Below are positions 1 to 9,394 of a stretch of DNA of 12,489 nt, in pieces. The notes beneath the pieces were generated by a model. It saw only the letters and a program-made list of their open reading frames with translations. It did no database searches and was not told where the DNA came from. The position numbers and the translations under genes are program-made. Every line of letters begins with the position of its first letter. Position 1 is the stretch's first letter. The DNA is from an uncultured Myxococcales bacterium. GTDB taxonomy: Bacteria > Myxococcota > UBA4151. The stretch covers positions 1 to 12,489 of the forward strand of contig CAXGWI010000106.1 in assembly GCA_964013405.1 (NCBI GenBank), read 5' to 3'.

Positions 1-1
1 G

Positions 2-184
2 ATCGCTCGATTTCAGCCCCGTCGCGTTGTCGCGTTCGGTTGCGACGCGGTCACCTTTGCACGAGATCTTGCTGAGATGGGGCTCGGAACGCGCTATGGG
101 CTCCGTCGGGTTGGCTATTGGGATGCATTTCCCTGGACCCATCACTTGGAGGCCTTCGCCCTCCTCGAACGGGAAGGAGCGTAA
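2..184 (+). CDS. rlmD: C-terminal fragment of a class I SAM-dependent RNA m5U methyltransferase (RlmD/TrmA family); 5' end lies outside the window
   Basis: Manual translation of frame +2 gives IARFQPRRVVAFGCDAVTFARDLAEMGLGTRYGLRRVGYWDAFPWTHHLEAFALLEREGA* (TAA 182-184). This matches the family motifs YVSCNPATLARD (catalytic Cys) and DMFPxTxHVE. Not in the ORF track. Confidence 0.8.
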   Translation: MARFQPRRVVAFGCDAVTFARDLAEMGLGTRYGLRRVGYWDAFPWTHHLEAFALLEREGA

Positions 185-188
185 GCAC

Positions 189-2005
<1,817 letters not shown>

Positions 2006-2024
<19 letters not shown>

Positions 2025-2950
2025 TCATTGTTCAAGGGGCCACCGCGAGTGGTAAGTCCGAGCTTGCCCTCAGCCTCGCCGAGGAGATGGGGGCCGAGAT
2101 TATCGGTGCGGACTCCCGACAAGTGGTGGAGGGGATGGTGATCGGGACGGCCGCGCCGACGGTCACAGAGAAGGCTCGGATCCCCCATCATATGATCGGC
2201 TGTTGGAAGCCGGGGGAAGAGGTGTCCGCCGGTCGCTGGTTGCGAGCGGTTGAGGGTCTCCTCGAATCCCGGCCCGAGCAGTCCTTTGTCGTTGTTGGTG
2301 GTACGGCGCTCTGGGTCCGGCTCCTTTTGCAAGGTGCTGTCGCGGTGGAGCCGATCCCTGCGGAGATCCGGGCAGAGGTGGCCGCCCTCGATGACGGGGC
2401 CCTGCTAGAGCAACTTAGTGAAGCCGACCCTGTGGCTGCAGCTTCCATTCACCCCAATGATCGCTATCGGCTGGAGCGGGCCCTTGGGCACTTTCGTTGC
2501 ACCGGCGAAGCGCTCGGTAGCAAGCGAGCAGAGCACGATTGGGGCCAAGCTCGCTACCCGGCCATTCGGCTGGCCCTTATGCCGCCACGAGATTGGCTCC
2601 ATGATCGAATCGAGAAGCGCGCAGCAGTGATGTTCGGGGAAGGCCTCGTCGAGGAAGCGATCGGCCTGCGGGCCCGTTACGGCAAGGTGCGGCCCTTGGA
2701 TGCCATCGGTTATCGTCAAGCCCTGGCAGTGGCCGACGGGACGATGGACGAGTGTGCAGCGATTGCGCTGACCGCCCGGGACACCCGGCGCTACGCACGC
2801 AATCAGGAGACCTGGCTACGCAAGGAGCCCGTTACGGTGATTTCGGCGACCGACGGCGAGGACCGTCTTGAGATGGCCCAGCAGATTGTTCGGGCTGCAT
2901 CTGAAGGAAAAGGGCCTGCTGGAGCCTTGGATTCGGTTTCAACACCATAA
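2006..2950 (+). CDS. miaA: tRNA dimethylallyltransferase MiaA
   Basis: P-loop GATASGKS, ADSRQ..GMxIGTAxP, PHHMI, VGGT, IHPND, AIGY and TRRYAxxQxTW; classical mutL-miaA linkage. Start placed at TTG 2006, after GAGGAG (1992-1997); it overlaps the end of mutL. Confidence 0.95.
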
Positions 2951-3533
2951 TCTGGTCATGCTGCCGAAGGTGCTTCGGCTTGCCGCCTGGCGCCCCAGCC
3001 AACCCGCAAATACGCAGTTGATATCGCTTGGGCTCAGCGGTCAGAAGCAGATCGCCGACCCGCTCACAATGGCCTGAGTCCAGCACGAGTCGCGTGGATG
3101 CCGGCGGCGTAAACTCCTGGAAGGTCCGGCCGATAAATCGGGGCTCGCGAGGATACACGCCATCGATCACAAAGCGCCGTTCCAGTTCGAGTTGGAGGCC
3201 TCGAGCCTGATCGATCAGCAATAGATCGGGATGATTGGCGATGGCTTCGGGGGGGCCAAGGGCGCCACCGGCCGCACCACCGCCAAAAATGGCGAGGCCG
3301 AGAACCGCACCATAGAAACGCTGGGTGAGCACTCGCCGTTGCAGGGTGGCGTTAATCATCATGAACCAGAGGCTTGCGGGGACCAGCCACCAGGCCACAG
3401 CGGGCGACGGTAGCCAATCGGTGACACGGGTCGGAGCGTTCCAGGCCATCTCCGCGTCCAGAAAGCGCAAAAAAGGCAGAGCTGCGCTCATCGCAAGGAT
3501 GCCTGTGTATAATAGAAGTTTCAGGGCTCGCAT
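2832..3533 (-). CDS. Hypothetical membrane protein (2-3 N-terminal hydrophobic segments plus a soluble domain weakly resembling a GspG/pseudopilin head)
   Basis: 233-aa ORF with an ATG start that fills the otherwise unexplained gap between miaA and coxB; hydrophobic N-terminal segments; its 3' end overlaps miaA by 119 bp. Confidence 0.65.
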   Translation of the reverse strand: MRALKLLLYTGILAMSAALPFLRFLDAEMAWNAPTRVTDWLPSPAVAWWLVPASLWFMMINATLQRRVLTQRFYGAVLGLAIFGGGAAGGALGPPEAIANHPDLLLIDQARGLQLELERRFVIDGVYPREPRFIGRTFQEFTPPASTRLVLDSGHCERVGDLLLTAEPKRYQLRICGLAGAPGGKPKHLRQHDQIMVLKPNPRLQQALFLQMQPEQSAGPSQDGPRRRSPKSP

Positions 3534-3639
3534 TGTGGACCCACCGGCTCCGTAAAACTACTAGATGAAAACGGGTTCTTCACTTGTCACGGACGCGCAC
3601 ATGTGAAAAGGGAGAGCGCCATCTGATGGGCGGAGTAAA
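3534..3639. promoter_or_regulatory. Divergent intergenic/promoter region for the oxidase operon and the minus-strand membrane protein, containing an imperfect inverted repeat
   Basis: The only sizeable non-coding stretch in the window (106 bp), between divergent ATGs at 3533 and 3640. Contains TTCACTTGT-N11-ACATGTGAA (3579-3607) and GGAG (3632-3635) before the coxB ATG. No clean -35/-10 pair was identified. Confidence 0.5.
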
Positions 3640-4746
3640 ATGGTTGTTGCCGTGAGAACCCTGGTGTTCGGGCTCATCACGTTCATCGCTGCTTGCGGTT
3701 ATGAGAATGACCAAAGTGCGGTGAATCCTTTTTCCGACAGTGCTCGGATGAGCGATGATCTCTACAATTTCATTTTAGCGATCGATACGGTGATCTGCAT
3801 CATCGTCGCTGTGGCCATTATCTACGCCATGGTGAAGTTTCGGTATCGAGGCGAGACAGAACGACCCAAACAGATTCACGGTCATACCCTGTTGGAAACG
3901 ACTTGGACGATCATTCCTGTATTCATTCTCATCGCCATTATGGTTCCCACCACGAAGACGATTTTTGCCCAGCAATCACCGCCCCCTGCTGACGCCTTAC
4001 GCATTAAAGTGATCGGCAAACAATGGTGGTGGGAGTATGAGTACGTCGAAACCGGTGTCGTCGTTGCCAACGAGTTGGTGATCCCGGTGGGTCAACCCAT
4101 CTACCTCGACATGATCTCCACGGACGTGATTCATTCTTGGTGGGTGCCCGCACTGACCGGGAAGCGGGACGTGCAGCCCTGGGGCAATAACCTCTTGCAG
4201 TTTACCGCAGACCAGCCGGGTACCTTCGTGGGCCAATGTGCAGAGTACTGTGGGGATTCCCACGGCCTGATGCGGACTCGAGTCGAGGTCAAAAGCAAAG
4301 AGGATTTCGAAAAGTGGCTCGCCCACCAGGCGAAAGATGCCTTGCCTCCACAGGATCCCAAAGTGGCCGCAGCGATTTCCCAGTGTAATGCGTGCCATGC
4401 TCTGCGGGGCGTTTTGCCCGGACGACCCAGAACCAAGGTCTCCGGTCCCGACCTTACTCACCTCGCCAGTCGGGGAAGTCTCTTCTCTGATTTGTACACC
4501 CTTCCTTTAGAGCCTGAAGCGAAGCGGGCGGAAATGAAGAAGCATTTGAAGCGCTGGCTGGAAGATCCCCGTGCTGTAAAGCCGGGAGTGCGGATGCCGG
4601 GCAATGGCACGAGCTATCCCACGCCGGCTGAAGATCGCGTTCGGGGCGTTGCGCCCAACTCATTAACCGACGGTAGCCCTTCGGGCGATCCACTGAAGCC
4701 TGAGGTGGTTGACGGTATCGTCGACTACCTGACGACCCTTGAATAG
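3640..4746 (+). CDS. coxB: Cytochrome c oxidase subunit II, caa3 type (lipoprotein signal, 2 TM, CuA domain, fused C-terminal cytochrome c)
   Basis: Lipobox IAAC (Cys19, 3694-3696); LETTWTIIP; KQWWWEYEY; DVIHSWWVP; CuA motif CAEYCGDSHGLM (4237-4272); heme c motif CNACH (4384-4398) with GPDLTH and the KPGVRMP Met ligand. Confidence 0.97.
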   Translation: MVVAVRTLVFGLITFIAACGYENDQSAVNPFSDSARMSDDLYNFILAIDTVICIIVAVAIIYAMVKFRYRGETERPKQIHGHTLLETTWTIIPVFILIAIMVPTTKTIFAQQSPPPADALRIKVIGKQWWWEYEYVETGVVVANELVIPVGQPIYLDMISTDVIHSWWVPALTGKRDVQPWGNNLLQFTADQPGTFVGQCAEYCGDSHGLMRTRVEVKSKEDFEKWLAHQAKDALPPQDPKVAAAISQCNACHALRGVLPGRPRTKVSGPDLTHLASRGSLFSDLYTLPLEPEAKRAEMKKHLKRWLEDPRAVKPGVRMPGNGTSYPTPAEDRVRGVAPNSLTDGSPSGDPLKPEVVDGIVDYLTTLE

Positions 4747-4770
4747 GGCCGAGAGGGAAAGGGAATCATC

Positions 4771-6576
4771 ATGAGCGCTGGTGCTTGGCACTATGACCCG
4801 GATGCGCCGCCCCCGAAGGGCCTGATGAGTTGGTTGACCACGGTTGACCATAAGCGCATCGGAATCCTCTATGGCGTGAGTGCCTTCGTATTCTTCCTGA
4901 TTGGTGGACTCGAAGCGTTGCTGATGCGAATCCAACTGGCCCAGCCAGAATCGGGCTTCGTTGATCTCGCTCTTTATAATCAGTTGTTCACCATGCACGG
5001 GACCACCATGGTCTTCTTGGTGATCATGCCTGGGGCTGCAGCATTCTTTAACTACATGATCCCGCTGCAGATCGGTGCTCGAGATGTGGCTTTCCCCCGA
5101 TTGAATGCCTTCTCGTACTGGGTGTTTCTCGGGGGGGCACTTGTCCTTAACTTTGGCTGGCTGATCGGCTCCGCACCCAGCGGGTCGTGGGTGGGCTATC
5201 CGCCGATCACCACGGCCGACTACACCGATGTCGGCAGCGACCTCTGGATCTGTGGCTTGTCTTTGTTGGCCGTCGCTTCGACGGCAGCCAGCGTGAACTT
5301 CATCATTACCATCCTGAATTTTCGGGCACCCGGTATGACGATGATGCGCATGCCGGTGTTTACGTGGATGAGCCTGGTGGTGCAGTTCCTGCTGTTGCTG
5401 AGCTTCCCACCGGTTGTTGTGGGCCTCGTGCTGACCCTCTTCGACCGTAACTTCGGCACCAACTTTTACAATGTGGCCGGTGGCGGTGATCCTGAGTTGT
5501 ACCAGCACTTGTTCTGGTTGTTCGGTCACCCCGAGGTTTACGTCCTTATTCTACCCTCGATGGGGATCATCTCCGAGGTGCTGCCCACGATGGCTCGGAA
5601 GCCACTTTTCGGGGCAGCCTTTGTGATCTTCTCGGGCGTGCTGATCGGCTTCCTTGGCTTCGGTGTGTGGGCTCACCACATGTTCACAGCAGGGATGGGG
5701 CCTGTGGCTGACTCTGCCTTCGCCATTACGACGATGCTGATCGCAGTGCCTACGGGGGTGAAGATCTTCAATTGGATCGGCACCATTTGGGGGGGGCAGT
5801 ACAAGATCAACACCGCCTCTCTTTTTGCCGTCGCATTCATTGTTGAATTCACCATCGGCGGCGTCACGGGCATCATGCACGCATCGCCCCCCGTGGATAT
5901 TCAGCAGCACGACACTTACTTCATCGTTGCCCACTTCCACTATGTCCTGTTTGGCGGAGCCGTCTTCGGCCTGTTTTCGGGGATTTACTACTGGTACCCC
6001 AAAATTACCGGTCGGATGATGTGTGAGAAGTTGGGTGCTTGGCACTTCTGGATCACGATCATCGGCATGAATCTGACCTTCTTCCCCATGCACTTCTTGG
6101 GGCTTCAAGGGATGCCACGCCGTATCGCAACCTACAAGGCCGGGGGCTACGATTGGGCCGACACCAACATGGCGGTGACCATCGGTGCCTTTATTCTGGG
6201 CTTTGCTACGCTCATTATCGCTTGGAATATGTGGAAGAGCGTGAAGCATGGTGAAGTCGCAGGCAATGACCCCTGGGATGGTGCGACTCTGGAATGGGTG
6301 ACGCAAAGCCCACCCGTCATCCATAACTTCGACAAGATTCCCTCGGTCACAAGCGAGGTTCCCTTGTGGGACGTCAAATATGGAGCGGGCTCGCTGCCCG
6401 TTGGACGTGAAGAGAATATTCACATGCCGCCTTCGAGCATCTGGCCCTTGTGGCTGTCGGTGGGCGGGATCATGGCTGTTTGCGGTTTGCTCGCGTTGCC
6501 CATGTTCTGGATTACCGCCGCCGGCGCAGGTTTGATGATCTTTTCGCTCATCGCCTGGGTCGTCGAGCCGGTTTAG
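4771..6576 (+). CDS. coxA: Cytochrome c oxidase subunit I, A1 family
   Basis: TVDHKRIG, HGTTM, D-channel DVAFPRLN, WLFGHPEVY (A1 Glu and cross-linked Tyr), WAHHMF, K-channel PTGVKIF, AHFHYV and GMPRR; C-terminal HMPPSSIWP with two extra TM helices, as in B. subtilis CtaD and E. coli CyoB. Confidence 0.99.
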   Translation: MSAGAWHYDPDAPPPKGLMSWLTTVDHKRIGILYGVSAFVFFLIGGLEALLMRIQLAQPESGFVDLALYNQLFTMHGTTMVFLVIMPGAAAFFNYMIPLQIGARDVAFPRLNAFSYWVFLGGALVLNFGWLIGSAPSGSWVGYPPITTADYTDVGSDLWICGLSLLAVASTAASVNFIITILNFRAPGMTMMRMPVFTWMSLVVQFLLLLSFPPVVVGLVLTLFDRNFGTNFYNVAGGGDPELYQHLFWLFGHPEVYVLILPSMGIISEVLPTMARKPLFGAAFVIFSGVLIGFLGFGVWAHHMFTAGMGPVADSAFAITTMLIAVPTGVKIFNWIGTIWGGQYKINTASLFAVAFIVEFTIGGVTGIMHASPPVDIQQHDTYFIVAHFHYVLFGGAVFGLFSGIYYWYPKITGRMMCEKLGAWHFWITIIGMNLTFFPMHFLGLQGMPRRIATYKAGGYDWADTNMAVTIGAFILGFATLIIAWNMWKSVKHGEVAGNDPWDGATLEWVTQSPPVIHNFDKIPSVTSEVPLWDVKYGAGSLPVGREENIHMPPSSIWPLWLSVGGIMAVCGLLALPMFWITAAGAGLMIFSLIAWVVEPV

Positions 6577-6588
6577 GGAGGGGCGAAG

Positions 6589-7203
6589 ATGAGCGCACAC
6601 GGTAATCTGCCCATCAATCACCAAACTGAGGGAACCTCTCTTGGGGTTCCAACCATCAAGCTGACTTGGTGGACCTTCCTCAGTTCGGAGTGCATGTTCT
6701 TTGGCTCATTGTTGGCGACCTACTTCAGTCTGAAGCCGAACCGAGTCACCCCCGAGCCCATGCCGATCGAGATGTTTGATCTCGACTTAACGACCGTCTC
6801 GACCTTCGTCCTGCTGGCAAGTTCCTTTCTTATGGTGCTGGCGGTGAATGCTGCTGCCGAGGGCAATGGAAAGCGGACCCGTCTTTGGTTGCTGGCAACG
6901 GCCTTCTTCGGCTGCATCTTCATCGGCTTTCAGGCCTATGAGTTCACGGAGTTCTACGCCAAAGGCCTAACCCTTGAGTCCGGTACCTTCGGTAGTACCT
7001 TCTTTGTGCTTACCGGCTTCCACGGCTTTCACGTTTGTATCGGAATCGTTTGGCTCTTGGCCCTTTGGGTCTTGAGCTTTACGGGTTGGCTTGGGCCGGA
7101 GCGGGCACTGACCGTTGAAGTCTGTGGTCTGTACTGGCACTTCGTGGATATTGTTTGGATCGTCATCTTTACCATCGTCTATCTTGTGGAGTTTGCCCCA
7201 TGA
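6589..7203 (+). CDS. coxC: Cytochrome c oxidase subunit III (short, about 5 TM)
   Basis: FLSSECMFF, LLASS, QAYEF, FFVLTGFHGFHV and GLYWHFVDIVW; GGAGG RBS at 6577-6581. Confidence 0.97.
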   Translation: MSAHGNLPINHQTEGTSLGVPTIKLTWWTFLSSECMFFGSLLATYFSLKPNRVTPEPMPIEMFDLDLTTVSTFVLLASSFLMVLAVNAAAEGNGKRTRLWLLATAFFGCIFIGFQAYEFTEFYAKGLTLESGTFGSTFFVLTGFHGFHVCIGIVWLLALWVLSFTGWLGPERALTVEVCGLYWHFVDIVWIVIFTIVYLVEFAP

Positions 7204-8012
7204 GTGAAGTGAGTAACGAGCACGAGTCTGGCTCTGGCGAGGCTCACGATCACGACGACGGGGGGCATTCCCACGCATCGACCCTGTTCTACACGATCAT
7301 TGCGATCATCTTGGCCATCGTGACTTACATCGAATGGGCCATGTTGGATTGGGATTTAGGTAAGTGGACGAAACCCGGCCTGGTTATACTTTCGGTTGGC
7401 AAGTTTGCGGCGGTTGTCGCGTACTTCATGCATCTGAAGTATGATGCAGAGATCTTTAAGCGGACTTTTCTCGGAGTTCTCGGTCTAGCCTTCGTGATTG
7501 TCTTCGTCGTGATGGCTGCACTTGGTAGTCTTCCGGATGACAATCCGGAGCGTGGGCGTCTCCACGCCAGTATCCGCAACTGCGATAGTCACAGCGATTG
7601 TGGTCCGACGCAGCGTTGCCTACCCGTGGCAGCACCCAAGACGGCCGTTGCCTTGCGCAAGGCCAAAGGTCTGGGTGAGCGTCCCGTGTTTTCCAAGTGT
7701 GTTGAAGTGCCCAAGGAGGTCCGAGACGCTGAGGGGAAAGATCGCCCTGCTCGTGAAGGCTCAGAGGTCTACGCTGCCGTTTGCGTCGCTTGCCACCAAA
7801 AGGATGGCGGTGGCAAACTGGGGCCCACTGTACTCGGTGCGAACCTTGCCTCAGCGGAGGTCTGGGCTCAGGGTGAAGATACGCTCTTGAACTCCATTAC
7901 CAACGGCAAGCAGGGTGCGATTGGGGTCATGCCAGCGCAAGCAGGTGTGCTCTCCAGTGCAGAAATCGACAACGTCCTTGCTTACATCAAGGCGACCTAC
8001 GCGCCGAAGTAG
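7200..8012 (+). CDS. coxD: Cytochrome c oxidase subunit IV fused to a Cys-rich linker and a C-terminal class I cytochrome c
   Basis: ATGA overlap with the coxC stop (start 7200); His/acidic N-tail; 3 TM segments with the subunit IV signature KFAAVVAYFMHLKYD; C-x5-C-x5-C-x26-C; then GSEVYAAVCVACH...SITNGKQGAIGVMP...LSSAEIDNVLAYI. Confidence 0.9.
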   Translation: MSEVSNEHESGSGEAHDHDDGGHSHASTLFYTIIAIILAIVTYIEWAMLDWDLGKWTKPGLVILSVGKFAAVVAYFMHLKYDAEIFKRTFLGVLGLAFVIVFVVMAALGSLPDDNPERGRLHASIRNCDSHSDCGPTQRCLPVAAPKTAVALRKAKGLGERPVFSKCVEVPKEVRDAEGKDRPAREGSEVYAAVCVACHQKDGGGKLGPTVLGANLASAEVWAQGEDTLLNSITNGKQGAIGVMPAQAGVLSSAEIDNVLAYIKATYAPK

Positions 8013-8023
8013 GGGTTGAGATT

Positions 8024-9394
8024 GTGAAGTCGTCCCTGCTCGCCCACTTTGACGGCCGGGGGCGGATCTCTCCCGACATGCTCGGGAACGGCTACAACCA
8101 AACGGTTTTAGGACCTGGCGAGTGGTTCGTTTGGGACTTCCACCCAAGTATCGCCTTCGGAATCGTTTTTCTGACTGCCCTTTATATCTGGGTCGTGGGT
8201 CCGGCGCGCAAGCGCTATGGTTGGGGGCCGAAAGCGACGCGGTTTGAGTGGATTGTTTTCCTGTCCTGTATGGTCTTGATGGAGTTGAGTCTCGACGGGC
8301 CGGTCCATCATTTAGCCGACAACTATTTGTTTAGCGTCCACATGTTTCAGCATCTGGTGATTACCTTGTTTGTACCCTTGATGCTGGTGGCTGGCGTGCC
8401 GCCTTGGGCATGGGAACGCCTGGCCGATGTGCCGGTGATCGGGCGGGCCTTTGTCTTTCTCATTCACCCGATTCGCGCCTTCCTGTTCTACAATGCCGTT
8501 TTGCTGATTTGGCATCTGCCGTCGGCTTACGACCTGGCGATGTTCGATCACGATTACCACGTCTTGGAACATGTCCTGTTTATGGGCTCAGCGGTCTTTG
8601 TCTGGTGGCCATTGCTTTCTCGCTCGAAGCGTTTTCCAGCCATCAGTTGGGGCTGGCAGTTAATCTATCTCTTTGTCATGTCCCTGCCCATGAAGGCACT
8701 GGGTGCTGTTCTCACTTTTAAGGCGGACTCCATGTATCAATTTTATGCCGCTGCCCCCCGTGTTTGGGGGCTGACCCCAGCAGGCGACCAGCGACTCGGA
8801 GGCCTGCTTATGTGGCTCCCGGCGGGCTTGGTTCTTTGGGGGCTCGCTGCCCGGGCATTCTTCCGTTGGTTCTACGAGGAGCGTGGTCCTCGTCCTGGTG
8901 GAGCGACTTTGGGTGTGGTCGTTTTTGCACTCACCTTGGGCACCGCTGGTTGCCAGCGCGGGACCACAGTTCCCGCAGCGACTCCTGTGGAGCAGGCCAT
9001 CGAAAAGCCCCAGCCAAAGCCTGTTGAAACCGGTGATCACATCTCCCCTTGGCTGTTTTCGTCGGGGGGCAAGCACAAGGTGCGTTTCCACTTGCCCAAA
9101 GATCTGCCGCTTAATGAGTTGATCGAACCTGTGGTGGAAGTCACCGACCTTGGGGGGAAGGCAATCGAATCCATCGAGATCAAAGCCGATGCGACCATGC
9201 CCGAACATGGTCACGGCATGATGACCCAACCACGACCGAAGAACTGTGCGCCGGGAACGGAATGCAAGGGACCGGTTGGACGATACACATTTGAGGGCTT
9301 CCGGCTGCACATGCCGGGCAGTTGGCTCTTTCAGGTGGAGCTAGGTAAGAATGACCGAGCAACCTGGCGATACGACTTCGACCCGGACTTCTAG
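8024..9394 (+). CDS. ctaG: caa3-type cytochrome c oxidase assembly factor CtaG fused to a C-terminal YtkA/FixH-like (CtaK-like) domain
   Basis: CtaG motifs YLFSVHMFQHL, WHLPSAYDLAM, HVLEH, VWWPLL and DQRLGGLLMW; then a hydrophobic stretch ending in TAGC (Cys 8951-8953) and a soluble domain with DATMPEHGHGM and LHMPGSW. The start could be GTG 8024 or ATG 8078. Confidence 0.88.
   Translation: MKSSLLAHFDGRGRISPDMLGNGYNQTVLGPGEWFVWDFHPSIAFGIVFLTALYIWVVGPARKRYGWGPKATRFEWIVFLSCMVLMELSLDGPVHHLADNYLFSVHMFQHLVITLFVPLMLVAGVPPWAWERLADVPVIGRAFVFLIHPIRAFLFYNAVLLIWHLPSAYDLAMFDHDYHVLEHVLFMGSAVFVWWPLLSRSKRFPAISWGWQLIYLFVMSLPMKALGAVLTFKADSMYQFYAAAPRVWGLTPAGDQRLGGLLMWLPAGLVLWGLAARAFFRWFYEERGPRPGGATLGVVVFALTLGTAGCQRGTTVPAATPVEQAIEKPQPKPVETGDHISPWLFSSGGKHKVRFHLPKDLPLNELIEPVVEVTDLGGKAIESIEIKADATMPEHGHGMMTQPRPKNCAPGTECKGPVGRYTFEGFRLHMPGSWLFQVELGKNDRATWRYDFDPDF

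Noticed and set aside
27..188. 54-aa N-terminal extension of MutL in the ORF track
   Set aside because: It overlaps the RlmD-like C-terminus in another frame; MutL homology and an RBS point to TTG 189.
4330..4746. Cytochrome c fused to subunit II
   Set aside because: Standard caa3 architecture; only notable together with the subunit IV heme.
6400..6576. Two extra C-terminal TM helices on subunit I together with a short subunit III
   Set aside because: A known split, seen in B. subtilis caa3 and E. coli bo3; not novel.
4663..6624. Long antisense ORFs (288 aa and 357 aa) opposite coxA
   Set aside because: Typical shadow frames of a GC-rich hydrophobic gene; no recognisable motifs.
7155..7199. 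Upstream start for subunit IV at 7155
   Set aside because: It lies inside coxC; the ATGA-coupled start at 7200 is more plausible.
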